Source: Thermoproteota archaeon (GTDB lineage: Archaea > Thermoproteota > Nitrososphaeria_A > Caldarchaeales > Calditenuaceae). Taken from it: 64,000 bases of DNA. The notes under the pieces are model-generated. The model saw only the letters and a list, made by a program, of their open reading frames with translations, was not told the origin of the DNA and made no database searches. Positions within the stretch are counted from its first letter, which is position 1, and each line of letters starts with the position of its first letter. A program made the position numbers and the translations under genes. Where the stretch lies: positions 22,916 through 86,915 of the forward strand of contig JAUQPZ010000003.1 of NCBI GenBank assembly GCA_030550155.1, given 5' to 3'. This document shows, piece by piece, positions 1-9,259 of this stretch.

Positions 1-108
1 GAGCACGTGGAAGAGGCCGTTGAGTCTCTGAAGATAAGCCTCAGCGACGACGAGGTCAAATATTTGGAGGAGCCTTATAAGCCGAAGCCTGTCTTCGGCC
101 ACAGATAG
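1..108 (+). CDS. 3' end of an aldo/keto reductase-like gene (partial, truncated by window edge)
   Basis: Frame-1 translation EHVEEAVESLKISLSDDEVKYLEEPYKPKPVFGHR* resembles the conserved C-terminus of AKR family proteins. Only 35 codons are visible. Confidence 0.35.
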   Translation, partial: EHVEEAVESLKISLSDDEVKYLEEPYKPKPVFGHR

Positions 109-1503
109 CTACAGCATTATCCCCGGGTTAAGGATATTATTTGGGTCGAAGAACTCTTTCAGCCTCATCATCAGGTCCACAACCTCTCCGTGCTGGTCGC
201 GCATGAATTCTTTCTTCTCGACGCCGACGCCGTGTTCTGCAGAGAGTGCGCCTCCCACTTCTATGGCGTATCTGGTTAGGTCTGCATTTGCCCGCAGTGC
301 CCTCTCCCACTCGTCCCTATTCCGCCTATCTGTCAGCCAGTTTGCATGTATGTTTCCATCACCCAGATGCCCCATCACCCCAACTCTCACTTCATATTTC
401 CGAGCGAGCTCGTAGGCCTTCATAACGCCGTCAAGCAGGCGCGAGAGGGGCACTATGATGTCGCCTATGATAGGGGACCTGCAGGCCTTTAGGATTGATG
501 GGTAGGCACCTCTCCTAGCCTCCCAGATCCTCTCGGCCTCCCTCTCACTCCTAGGCACCACGAGCTCGACGGAGCCGCCCTCCCTCAGAAGCTCCAAGGC
601 GTCCGACAACTCCTCCTCTAGCCCCGCTCGAGAATAGCTGTGAAACTCAAGTATTATCATGCACTCGCGGTCCGGAAGGCTGAGTCCCGACCAGTCTGAT
701 ATAAGCCTCAGATGAGTTCTGTCGAGAAACTCTATCGCCGCCGGCTCTAGTCCTGAGAGCCGTATCCTGCCTATGCATCTTACACCGTCCTCGATTGAGT
801 CAAAATAGGCCGCCACCGTCCTCCTGTTTCGGGGGAGCGGCCTAAGCCTCAGCGTTGCCTCCGTAATCACTCCTAAGGTCCCCTCAGAGCCCACCAGCAT
901 CCTCGCCAAGTCGTATCCGATTGAGTACTTGAAGACTCGGGCGCCGAAGCGCAGGTCTAGGCCGGCCGGGAACACGACTCTCAGAGCCAGCACGTAATCC
1001 CTGGTCGCTCCATATCTTACGGCCTTCAGGCCTGAGGCGTTGTTCGAGATCATTCCTCCTATTGTGCATGACTTCCCGCTGGCGGGGTCTGGGGGGAAGA
1101 AGAGGCTGTAGGGCTCCAGCTCCTTGTTTAGCTGGTCATAGATTAGGCCTGGCTCAACGTCTACCTGCATGTCAAGCTGTCTGATATCCAGTATTTTGTT
1201 CATCTTCATCATGTTCAACACTATTCCGCCATATCTGGGGGTGCAGGCGCCTGTAAGCCCCGTCCCTCCGCCTCGGACCGTGACAGGTATGCGCCTCTTC
1301 GATGCATAGGTCAGGATTTTTAGGACCTCTGAGCTGCTCTCCGGCCAGACGACTGCCTCGGGCAATGTTGGCTCTCCCGGGAAGGCATCCGACGAGTTTG
1401 TGACTAGGTCATAGTCCTCGGTCGAGACGTCTGAGGCTCCAGCAATCGAGGCCAGGGCCTTCAGGTCATCAGAGCTGACCTTGTTATACTCCACTCTACC
1501 CAT
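109..1503 (-). CDS. FAD-linked oxidase (GlcD / D-lactate dehydrogenase family)
   Basis: 464 aa. FAD-binding PCMH-type domain with a GGGTGLTG-like glycine motif and the C-terminal FAD-oxidase domain typical of the glycolate oxidase subunit D / D-LDH family. Confidence 0.85.
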   Translation of the reverse strand: MGRVEYNKVSSDDLKALASIAGASDVSTEDYDLVTNSSDAFPGEPTLPEAVVWPESSSEVLKILTYASKRRIPVTVRGGGTGLTGACTPRYGGIVLNMMKMNKILDIRQLDMQVDVEPGLIYDQLNKELEPYSLFFPPDPASGKSCTIGGMISNNASGLKAVRYGATRDYVLALRVVFPAGLDLRFGARVFKYSIGYDLARMLVGSEGTLGVITEATLRLRPLPRNRRTVAAYFDSIEDGVRCIGRIRLSGLEPAAIEFLDRTHLRLISDWSGLSLPDRECMIILEFHSYSRAGLEEELSDALELLREGGSVELVVPRSEREAERIWEARRGAYPSILKACRSPIIGDIIVPLSRLLDGVMKAYELARKYEVRVGVMGHLGDGNIHANWLTDRRNRDEWERALRANADLTRYAIEVGGALSAEHGVGVEKKEFMRDQHGEVVDLMMRLKEFFDPNNILNPGIML

Positions 1504-1562
1504 CTCACCAGCTCCTTCCTTTTATTGCCACAGCCTGATAAAAATGAGTATAGCGTCTCCGC

Positions 1563-1967
1563 TCAGGTCTGGCGCCATCCCTCTTCAAGCGCCTTCCTGA
1601 GGTCCTTGGTCTCTCCCTTCCGATGCACCATCAATTTTGACTCTACTTGGACTCTGAGGCCCAGGCGCCTGAAGAGTATTAAGAGGTCGCCAGCGTCGAT
1701 AGGGGTCTCCAGCCTACCGGACTTCAGGGCCTTGAGAAGAGCATCAGCCACCCTCCTTGTCAATTCAGGATTTTCCATGAACGCGGTGTCTATCACCTCG
1801 TCTCCTCTCTCTGAGACATGCCTTTTCAGCTCCTGCAGCGGGTCCTGCTCCTGAGGCGAGCTCAACTCACCTTTTCCTGCCTCGTCCTTCGCCTTGGCCG
1901 CCAGTGCCATTCGCTCCCTCAACTTCTTCATCCTGATAAGTCTGAGGGCGATATCCTCGTCCTCCAA
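1563..1967 (-). CDS. PDCD5/TFAR19-like DNA-binding protein (COG2118-like), tentative
   Basis: 134 aa, charged and helical. The N-terminus (EDIALRLIRMKKLRE) and C-terminal segment resemble archaeal PDCD5-family proteins. Assignment is by motif resemblance only. Confidence 0.4.
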   Translation of the reverse strand: MEDEDIALRLIRMKKLRERMALAAKAKDEAGKGELSSPQEQDPLQELKRHVSERGDEVIDTAFMENPELTRRVADALLKALKSGRLETPIDAGDLLILFRRLGLRVQVESKLMVHRKGETKDLRKALEEGWRQT

Positions 1968-2013
1968 GCCCAGGAATATCTACGCTGGATGCTTCTAAAA
2001 AACCTCCCCGGAC

Positions 2014-3078
2014 TCACCCTGCTCTTCTCTTATCAACCCTCGCCCTGAGGGCGTCACGCCTCGCCTCTCGGCGGTAGTATTGAATCGGGTTCTTTATTCC
2101 GGGGCAGAGCCTCCCCTCCTCCACACACAGCCCATGAATCTTCATGGTGCTGCATGAGGGTGGGCTGTACTTGACCCTGCTACCCTTCTGGCCCGCGATG
2201 TGTTCTGTCTGGTAGCGTGCGATCTTCTCGTTGAAGTCGCTCCGCTGGGAGTACATTGCTACCACCTGCTCCGGGGTGTAGCCGGCTGTTATCATGAATG
2301 CTGCTAGGGCGAAGTTTGCGAAGTGGCCTATGCCCAGGCCAGCCAGCAGCTCTTTCTTAATCTTCGCCATGCACGGTGGCCAGTACTTCTCGCTGACCTG
2401 GCTTACCTCCGCCTCATAGCTCCTCTTTTCTGCGAGCATCTCTCTGACCTTCTTGACAGGCCCTAAGAGCGAGTCAGGCAGGGGTGTTCCACGGGCCTCG
2501 CGATATCTGTTGAGAATCCTCCTCTCGATGACCTCTACCGCCATTCTAGAAAGCTCCTTGGGCGTGACGTAGACCCAGCCCTTCTTCACTACTCTGTTTA
2601 TGAGCCTCCATTCGAGCGCGTCTATCCTCGAGGTCAGTGCTAGGAAGTGGGGGACATAGACCTTGTAGGCTCCCAGATGTGCTTCATTCTGAGGAGTGGG
2701 TTCGACACGGATTCCCAGCTCCGACCTAAGGAGCTCGACCACGATTTCAGGCGGCTCATCCTCTAGTAGTCGCCCGCACCTCAGCGCCTCAGCCAGAGCC
2801 CACCGCCTCGCGAGCCAATCATCTCCCACCGCGGAGACTATCAGCAAAGCGATGGGGAAGCTTAGAAGATCAACCTCAACGTCTTCGTGTATGCCAATCT
2901 CCGCCTCTTCACCTCGCCTCAAAGCCTCCAAGACCCTCTCTAGGGCCCGCTCGACATCCGGCCTGTGCATCTCAGACCCCAGCTCATCTAGGGAGATGGC
3001 CCTCTCTGACAGATACTCTCTGGCTGCCGCTATGAAGGGGTACTTTGCTAGCATCTTCTCAGAGCGCAGCATCGACAA
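2014..3078 (-). CDS. priL: DNA primase large subunit PriL
   Basis: 354 aa. The C-terminal Fe-S domain carries the conserved Cys cluster (KYSPPSC...GLC...C) and the helical N-terminal domain typical of archaeal/eukaryotic PriL. Confidence 0.85.
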   Translation of the reverse strand: MSMLRSEKMLAKYPFIAAAREYLSERAISLDELGSEMHRPDVERALERVLEALRRGEEAEIGIHEDVEVDLLSFPIALLIVSAVGDDWLARRWALAEALRCGRLLEDEPPEIVVELLRSELGIRVEPTPQNEAHLGAYKVYVPHFLALTSRIDALEWRLINRVVKKGWVYVTPKELSRMAVEVIERRILNRYREARGTPLPDSLLGPVKKVREMLAEKRSYEAEVSQVSEKYWPPCMAKIKKELLAGLGIGHFANFALAAFMITAGYTPEQVVAMYSQRSDFNEKIARYQTEHIAGQKGSRVKYSPPSCSTMKIHGLCVEEGRLCPGIKNPIQYYRREARRDALRARVDKRRAG

Positions 3079-3207
3079 GAGGGGACTGCCACCCTACCCA
3101 ACATCACCGCAGACGGACTTCTTAAATAGGCTTCACCTAAACTATTCGGGGAATCTCTTTCGGAAAGGTCTAACCAAGTATATTTACCCCCTTCAGGAGC
3201 AGCTAAT

Positions 3208-3921
3208 TTGACGGGGGATAGCCTAAGAGAGATGCCGTATCGTGCTCTCATGGAAAGGATTGCCGGCCACTTCGGCAGCGCAGGATATTCTGTCTCGGTC
3301 AAGGATGGAATTCTGTGGCTGGCCAAGGAGGGGTTCAAGGGCGCTGTCTGGGTGGTGCCGGCTGATGGGGGCCTAGACGAGTTACTCTCCGCCGTAATGG
3401 GCGCCACCGAGTATTTGAACAGGCATGGGGCCTCCTACATAGCACTGCCTCTACAACTGGCGAAGAGGATAGATGAGAGTCATTTCTGGACATACGGAAT
3501 AGGGCTGATAGTTTATGACGACGAGGTCTTGAGGGAGGTTCTTCAACCCCGCCTGAGAAAGGAGGAGAGCCTAGCCCCGGAGAGGGCCCAGGAAGACATT
3601 GTCAGATCTGCCGAGGGGGGTGCCGCCACGGTTTTTAACGACACGTTAGTGGAGGATTTGTTGAGCAGGGTCGAAAGAATTGAGAGAGAACTTCGGAGAC
3701 TGGATGAGATGGACTACCTGGTAGCCAGGCTGGAGGCTCTGGAGAAGAGGATGCGTGATAGCCCGGCCCGGGAAGAGCGACCCTCTCAGAGCCCCGCACC
3801 CATGAAAGTATACGCGGAGGCGGCCCAGACACCCGCTAAGGCCGGTGCTCCACCCTATAGCTCTCTGCCCTCATTTCTTCAAGGAAATCCCTGGATAGAG
3901 GTATTGACCCAGAAGCGGTGA
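3208..3921 (+). CDS. hypothetical protein with C-terminal coiled coil
   Basis: 237 aa on a TTG start, divergent from priL. Globular N-terminal domain followed by a heptad-like charged segment (RVERIERELRRLDEMDYLVARLEALEKR) and a disordered Pro/Ala tail. No recognisable catalytic motif. Confidence 0.5.
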   Translation: MTGDSLREMPYRALMERIAGHFGSAGYSVSVKDGILWLAKEGFKGAVWVVPADGGLDELLSAVMGATEYLNRHGASYIALPLQLAKRIDESHFWTYGIGLIVYDDEVLREVLQPRLRKEESLAPERAQEDIVRSAEGGAATVFNDTLVEDLLSRVERIERELRRLDEMDYLVARLEALEKRMRDSPAREERPSQSPAPMKVYAEAAQTPAKAGAPPYSSLPSFLQGNPWIEVLTQKR

Positions 3922-3926
3922 CATGG

Positions 3927-5249
3927 TCATCGGATCTCGACGTACTTGTAGGCCTCTGTCAGGTTTGTGAAGGCGTAGTGAACCTTGTTGTAGTCTTTCC
4001 TGAACTCGGCCACTTCCTGCCCAACCTTCCTCGGGTCCTCGCCCCTGACCACCACCCTAGAGATAAACCTCGCGATCTCCTTCATCTCACTCGGACCCAT
4101 ACCCAGCCTAGTAACTTCCTGAGTCCCGATTCTTATTCCGCTGGGATTTTTGTAGTCGGTCTTCAACTCGTAGTCTTTCGGTATTAAGTTCCTGTTCAGG
4201 ACTATTCCAGCCTCCTCAAGCTTTACCTCCGCGTCCCTGCCACCCATGAACTTACTAACATCTATTAGGACTTGGTGCGACTCGGTGTAGCCAAGCTCAC
4301 CATACAGCGGCGGCAGGCCTTCCTCGCTGAGGGCGGAGGCCAGAGCCTTAGCATTGCGAACTATCGCGCTGGAATATTCGTGATAGAAGGCTAGGGCCTC
4401 TGCTAGTGCTATCGCCACACCTGCCACTGCGTGAAGATGGTGGTTGCTGTGAAGTGGTGGAAACATGACACTCTTTAACTGCTCCGCATACTTCTCTTTA
4501 CTCACAACCAGTCCGTGCTGTGGGCCTGCAAGCGTCTTATGCGTGCTCATGGTCATGACGTCAACGCCCTCACCTATGGGGTCTTGGAATACACCGCCAG
4601 CTATCAGCCCCGCTACATGCGCAGCATCATAGACTACCGCCGCCCCGTACTCTGAGGCAAGACTGGCCACCTCCTTAACTGGGTGCGGGAAAAGGAAAAC
4701 ACTTGCTCCAAGCATGAATATCTTGGGCCGCGCGTTCTCTTTCTCAATCCTCCTCCTCGTCCCATCCACGTCGATGTTGAACCTCTCATAGTCAAACTCA
4801 TAGCGTATAATATCCAGCCCCCTGACCCTGCCCGCCGTCCCGTTCCAGGACCGTTTCCCGTGACTGATGTGGCCGCCGTGAGGTATCGCTAAGGCCACCA
4901 TAGTGTCTCCCGGCTCTGCGAGGGCAGTGTAAGCTGCCAGATTAGCCACCACGCCCGAGATTGGCCTCAAGTCTGCGAAGGGCGCCTTGAAGACCTTTTT
5001 TGCCAGCTCAACTCCTATCAGCTCAACCTCGTCTATCCACTTACAACCCGCATAAAGCCTCTCACCGGGGTAACCCTCGGCATACCTATTCCCGAAATCG
5101 CTTGCCAGGGCCTCCCTCACGGCGGGGCTTGGAACGTTCTCGCTGGCGACTAGCGGTATGGCTCTGCTGAAAAACTCGTGATGCTTTCTGAGACGGTCTA
5201 GGACACGGGTGAAATAAGCATAGCCCTCGGACACTCTGTCATCGGTCAT
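3927..5249 (-). CDS. glyA: serine hydroxymethyltransferase
   Basis: 440 aa. PLP-lysine region ...MSTHKTLAGPQHG... and overall SHMT fold-type I signature. Confidence 0.9.
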   Translation of the reverse strand: MTDDRVSEGYAYFTRVLDRLRKHHEFFSRAIPLVASENVPSPAVREALASDFGNRYAEGYPGERLYAGCKWIDEVELIGVELAKKVFKAPFADLRPISGVVANLAAYTALAEPGDTMVALAIPHGGHISHGKRSWNGTAGRVRGLDIIRYEFDYERFNIDVDGTRRRIEKENARPKIFMLGASVFLFPHPVKEVASLASEYGAAVVYDAAHVAGLIAGGVFQDPIGEGVDVMTMSTHKTLAGPQHGLVVSKEKYAEQLKSVMFPPLHSNHHLHAVAGVAIALAEALAFYHEYSSAIVRNAKALASALSEEGLPPLYGELGYTESHQVLIDVSKFMGGRDAEVKLEEAGIVLNRNLIPKDYELKTDYKNPSGIRIGTQEVTRLGMGPSEMKEIARFISRVVVRGEDPRKVGQEVAEFRKDYNKVHYAFTNLTEAYKYVEIR

Positions 5250-5319
5250 GTAGAGAACCTACGCAGGCCACTTATTTAAGTCTCTTATACCAGTTTGTTG
5301 AGGAGGTCATGGTTTAACA

Positions 5320-5868
5320 TTGTATGGGAGGGGAGACCGCGGGGAGACAGACCTCTTCGGCGGAGGCAGGGTTCCAAAGAACCATCCTAGGGTAGAGTGT
5401 TACGGGGAACTTGACGAGCTCTCCTCTATAATCGGCCTCTGCAGGTCGCTGCTGAAAAAGAGGCACCGAGATCTGGACGAGATATTGAGAGGCGTGCAGG
5501 AGGCGTTATTTAGGATCGGCGCTGAGCTAGCTTCTGCAGACAGAAGTAGACTAACGATAGAGCTGGCAAGTGAGAATGATGTTGAGGCTCTCGACAAGCT
5601 CATCGAGGAGTTCGAAGCCAGACTTCCACCCCTCAAGCACTTCATCTACCCTGGTGGCTCGCTGACTGGAAGCATGCTCCACGTAGCTAGGGCTGTCTGT
5701 AGAAGAGCTGAGCGGAGTGCCGTGGCCCTAAGCTTAACAGAGCAAGTCAACCCATACATCCTGAGCTATCTCAACAGGCTCTCAACCTTGCTCTTCATAC
5801 TCGCAAGGCACGTTAACCTGAGCGAAGGGGTCGGAGAAGAAATCTGGCGAGGACGCGGGCTAGGCTAG
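5320..5868 (+). CDS. PduO-type ATP:cob(I)alamin adenosyltransferase
   Basis: 182 aa. N-terminal signature GDRGETDL...RVECYGELDELSSIIG is the hallmark of PduO/MMAB-type corrinoid adenosyltransferases. Confidence 0.85.
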   Translation: MYGRGDRGETDLFGGGRVPKNHPRVECYGELDELSSIIGLCRSLLKKRHRDLDEILRGVQEALFRIGAELASADRSRLTIELASENDVEALDKLIEEFEARLPPLKHFIYPGGSLTGSMLHVARAVCRRAERSAVALSLTEQVNPYILSYLNRLSTLLFILARHVNLSEGVGEEIWRGRGLG

Positions 5869-6554
5869 ACAGCCTTTAACCCCTTCTTCCTCACCTTAAT
5901 GAGCTCTAAGACCAGATATTCGGCCGAGTCTACGGCCTCCTCAGCGGTGAAGATGCTAAGATATGAGGAGCTGAACATCATGTTGGCCGTCGGAGGCCTA
6001 TATGTCCTGTCATAGCCCGACCAGAGCTGGAGCAACAGCCGCATCATGGGGAAAATGTTGAAGGAGTAGCTCAGGCCTCCCAGCTTCTCCTTCTTCCCGT
6101 CAATCGTTTTGCAGGACGCATCAAACCCCTGCGGGTCCTGTCCGAAATGGTCGATAAGCGGCCTGTAGGCCCGCCTCATCATCTCTCCCGCATAAGCCTG
6201 ACCATTCGGAAACTTCTCCAGCGGCACCCAGTCCCCAGGCTTTTCTCCACGATACCTTGCCAGATATTTTATGATCAGCTGCGAGAGCTTGGACGAAGGT
6301 GGCTTATGAGTTACGGCGTCCGTGACCATGCCTGAGGAGAGGTCTAAGACGTATGACCCGTTTAAGACATTGACGAGAAATCTGTCGCCTTTCCCCTCAC
6401 GCGGTGGGAGATGAACCACGTGACATACCCTAACAACATGATCCGGCTGGCGCTGTCTCAGCTCAGCTAGCAGGTCGTCCAATCGCCCCCCATGCATAAT
6501 TATCCCAGCCAATACGGGAGAAAAAAATTTAGCGTTAAGGTATAGGCTCTGCAA
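5865..6554 (-). CDS. hypothetical protein
   Basis: 229 aa ORF overlapping the 3' end of the adenosyltransferase gene by 4 nt. No motif I recognise. The true start may be an internal Met (MHGGRLDD...). Confidence 0.45.
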   Translation of the reverse strand: MQSLYLNAKFFSPVLAGIIMHGGRLDDLLAELRQRQPDHVVRVCHVVHLPPREGKGDRFLVNVLNGSYVLDLSSGMVTDAVTHKPPSSKLSQLIIKYLARYRGEKPGDWVPLEKFPNGQAYAGEMMRRAYRPLIDHFGQDPQGFDASCKTIDGKKEKLGGLSYSFNIFPMMRLLLQLWSGYDRTYRPPTANMMFSSSYLSIFTAEEAVDSAEYLVLELIKVRKKGLKAV

Positions 6555-7395
6555 ACCCTAAATCCATGCCACGGGGAAAATAGAGGCTTGGCGGGGGTCT
6601 ATACCTCTATACGATACTGAGAACCGACCCCCAGAAAATGGAGGAAGAGGGGATTTATGGGCAATGTGTAAAAAGTCCGGGAGGGGCTATAATAAGACTT
6701 TACAAGCTTTACTATATGCTGAATCTATATCTTGGGCAGATCCGACATCACCACCTCCCAATCGGTTGAAAATCTGAGAGCAGGGAAGGCGGGGAGGGAG
6801 AAAGCCTACATGGTTCAGCACGCAATGGGGCTATGGCTTAAAGCCTCTTGACACGCCGCTTCCCAGATGGGAGAAGACGTATGGCTCTGTCGGTGCGCTG
6901 CTGTAAGCAATTGCCTAGTTCAGGCAGGGCGAGGGAGGCTTCCGCCGATACACTTCCATAATCCACGTAACACCGCAAGATGGAGTCTCAGACCTCTGAC
7001 CATTAACCTTAACGGCGAGTGAGTATTATTAATGCGAGTTTCTCTCAGTACCAAATATCAAGAGATTTTGATACGGGTTCACCGCGCAACTATTGCTCAT
7101 GTTTCGGCAGATGTCTTCCTACAGTTTAGAGTTCCCTTCAAGATCTCTTAATCTCTTAAATGTTAGATAAATGAGTGGCTGTGAAACGTTCATAGAGGCT
7201 TCGATGGTGCCCTTTATACATAGATGTATCTGTGGGGGGTTCTGAGAGGACTGCTGAGGCCAAACCATTCTACGCTTAGCACACCAAACGGCCCAAAGCC
7301 TTGAAGGAAAGGACAATGTCTAAGGTCAGGATGAATTCGCGAAACCTAAGCATCATAAATAAAATAATTTTTAGCATCACTGCATGTATGTTGGC

Positions 7396-7959
7396 CTAAT
7401 CCCCGTGATCGTGGCTATGGCCCTCATGCGATCCGTCCATAGGCGTCTCGATTAGCTGTTCCTTGGCCTCAAAATCCACTGTAGCCCCGCTGGCTAGGAC
7501 TAACCTTATCTTCAAGGTATGGATGCCCTCAGGAATCTTTGAAAGTATCATCACATGATAACCTTCTCCCTCCAAACCTAGCGCACGGACCTCGCCGCGA
7601 GGCGGAATACAGATCTTCTCAACCTTCCTCATCGTGGCTACGCCCCCTTCAATCACCGTGATATGGAGCTCGGCCCTCAGCCCCTTGGGTTCAAGAGTCT
7701 CCGCGGCGACGATGCAGGACTCTGAATATCCATGATTGTGGGCAATAAAGAAAACACCCGCAGCCATAGTTCCACGTCTGAAGAAGGCTCCATGGACCTC
7801 GACCGCCTCTTCCGTCACTCCTGAAAACAGGAAAAATACTCCCACTACGACGAGCGCCGCCGCAACTACCGCCAATATGAGGAGCATAGGTCTCGTCAAC
7901 CCTGCATCTCTGCGGAAAAAGTGGTGGTAGCGCTTATCCATGTCCATATGTTGGGACAT
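7396..7959 (-). CDS. membrane-anchored protein with His-rich C-terminus (putative metal-binding)
   Basis: 187 aa. One N-terminal TM helix (LLILAVVAAALVVVGVFFLF), an extracytoplasmic beta-rich domain, and a C-terminal HEGHSHDHGD tail. Confidence 0.5.
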   Translation of the reverse strand: MSQHMDMDKRYHHFFRRDAGLTRPMLLILAVVAAALVVVGVFFLFSGVTEEAVEVHGAFFRRGTMAAGVFFIAHNHGYSESCIVAAETLEPKGLRAELHITVIEGGVATMRKVEKICIPPRGEVRALGLEGEGYHVMILSKIPEGIHTLKIRLVLASGATVDFEAKEQLIETPMDGSHEGHSHDHGD

Positions 7960-8027
7960 GCATTAATGAGGGGGTTCTATGTTCTATATAATGGTAGCTA
8001 ACTTTATCGACCATGTATATGCGTGAA

Positions 8028-8036
8028 GTATAAAAC
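8028..8036 (+). promoter_or_regulatory. TATA-box-like element upstream of the 8061 gene
   Basis: agtataaaac lies ~25 nt upstream of the ATG at 8061, consistent with archaeal TATA/BRE spacing for a near-leaderless transcript. Confidence 0.35.
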
Positions 8037-8060
8037 ATCAGAAGTAAGCCATTCGCGGGC

Positions 8061-9170
8061 ATGGGAGTCAGGGTTGCAGGCATAGACCCTGGGACTAGAA
8101 GCTTCGACATCCTCGGGCTTGAAGATGACAGGGTTATCCTTGACGTCTCCATACCTTCTGAGGAGGTTGCAGCGAGGCCTGGCATCCTTATCGACGTTTT
8201 AAGGAGGGCGGGGCCTTTGGACCTAATCGTCGGCCCCTCGGGATATGGGATAGCGCTGAAACACATCTCGGAGATAGATGACAAGGACATCTTCTTGATG
8301 ACGCTGGTAAGGCCTGAGGAGTCGGATATACCTGTCCTAGTCGGTCTGAAAAGGGTTGTTAAAGAGCTGAGGAAAACAGACCTCAACATCTACTTCATCC
8401 CGGGCGTGGTCCATCTTCCCACAGTTCCGGCATACAGAAAAATCAACGCCATCGACATGGGTACCGCCGACAAGCTTTGCTGCGCGGCCCTAGCGCTCTA
8501 CGACTACACTACAAAGAGGAGCCTACCCCTAAGCGAGGCTTCAGTCATTCTAGTAGAAGTTGGCTACGGCTATAACGCGGTAATAGCGATTGACCGCGGA
8601 GTTGTGGTTGACGGAGTCGGAGGAACAAGGGCGGGGCCGGGCTTCCTAACCTCAGGAGGCCTCGACGGCGAAGTAGCGTATCTGTTGGGCGCCCTCAGGA
8701 AGGAGATGCTGTTCAAGGGCGGTGTAAAGACAATAGCGGGTGGAGATATCACGCCTGAATCTCTGCCAGAAGAGGCCCGAGTCAGCGGGCCGGCGAGGAT
8801 TGCCTGGTACTCTTTTTTGGAGGGCGTCGAGAAGAATGTCTGGTCCCTGGTGCCTGTCATGAGTAGGGTAGACGCTATCTTGTTGTCAGGGAGACTCAGC
8901 AGAGTTGAAGCGATCTGCAGCGAGCTCGCAAAGAGGCTAAGCAGGCTCGCACCAGTCAGCAGAGTAGGGGGCTTCAAGGCCGCGTCGAAGGAGGCGGCAC
9001 AGGGAGCGGCCCTTATAGCCAACGGCCTTGCAGGCGGATTCGCTGAAGGCCTCATCGAGCACATGAGGATAAGAGAGGCTGGTGGGACGGTTTTGGACTA
9101 TGTCGTCGTCGAGGACTTAAAGCAGATTTATCTTAGAGAGAGTACAACATTAAAAAATAAACAACTTTAG
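8061..9170 (+). CDS. ASKHA-superfamily (actin/Hsp70/sugar-kinase fold) ATPase-like protein, DUF1464-like
   Basis: 369 aa. N-terminal phosphate-1 motif VAGIDPGTRSFDI and later Gly-rich motifs (DGVGGTRAG, IAGGD) match the ASKHA fold. No specific kinase family signature. Confidence 0.55.
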   Translation: MGVRVAGIDPGTRSFDILGLEDDRVILDVSIPSEEVAARPGILIDVLRRAGPLDLIVGPSGYGIALKHISEIDDKDIFLMTLVRPEESDIPVLVGLKRVVKELRKTDLNIYFIPGVVHLPTVPAYRKINAIDMGTADKLCCAALALYDYTTKRSLPLSEASVILVEVGYGYNAVIAIDRGVVVDGVGGTRAGPGFLTSGGLDGEVAYLLGALRKEMLFKGGVKTIAGGDITPESLPEEARVSGPARIAWYSFLEGVEKNVWSLVPVMSRVDAILLSGRLSRVEAICSELAKRLSRLAPVSRVGGFKAASKEAAQGAALIANGLAGGFAEGLIEHMRIREAGGTVLDYVVVEDLKQIYLRESTTLKNKQL

Positions 9171-9218
9171 AAGAGATTATTCAGAGGAATATAGAATTTC
9201 GGCGGTGTGACGTGTTTC

Positions 9219-9229
9219 AAATATATATT
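9219..9229 (+). promoter_or_regulatory. TATA-box-like element upstream of ppdK
   Basis: aaatatatatt lies ~30 nt upstream of the TTG start at 9260. Confidence 0.3.
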
Positions 9230-9259
9230 GTCCTTGACCTAGATAGAGCCTGAGAAAGC

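Noticed and set aside
2696-3407. ORFs 2696..3211 (+) and 3048..3407 (-)
   Set aside because: Antisense to or overlapping priL and the 3208..3921 gene, Ser/Arg-rich low-complexity translations, and no motifs.
6660-6685. 'aaaagtccgggagg', resembling RNase P RNA CR-I (GGAAAGUCCGGGC), inside the ORF-free gap
   Set aside because: I could not find the complementary CR-V/P4 partner (ACAGAAxCCGGCUUA-like) or other conserved RNase P regions nearby, so a 9-nt match is insufficient on its own.
6800-6960. Purine-rich tracts (agggaaggcggggagggagaaagcc; caggcagggcgagggaggcttccgcc) checked against the SRP RNA helix-8 consensus (CAGGUCCGGAAGGAAGCAGCC)
   Set aside because: Only loose resemblance on either strand, with no GGAA tetraloop / AGCAGC pairing geometry, and not callable without a covariance model.
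8570-9064. 164-aa minus-strand ORF
   Set aside because: Entirely antisense to the ASKHA-like gene, Ala/Pro/Ser-rich low complexity.
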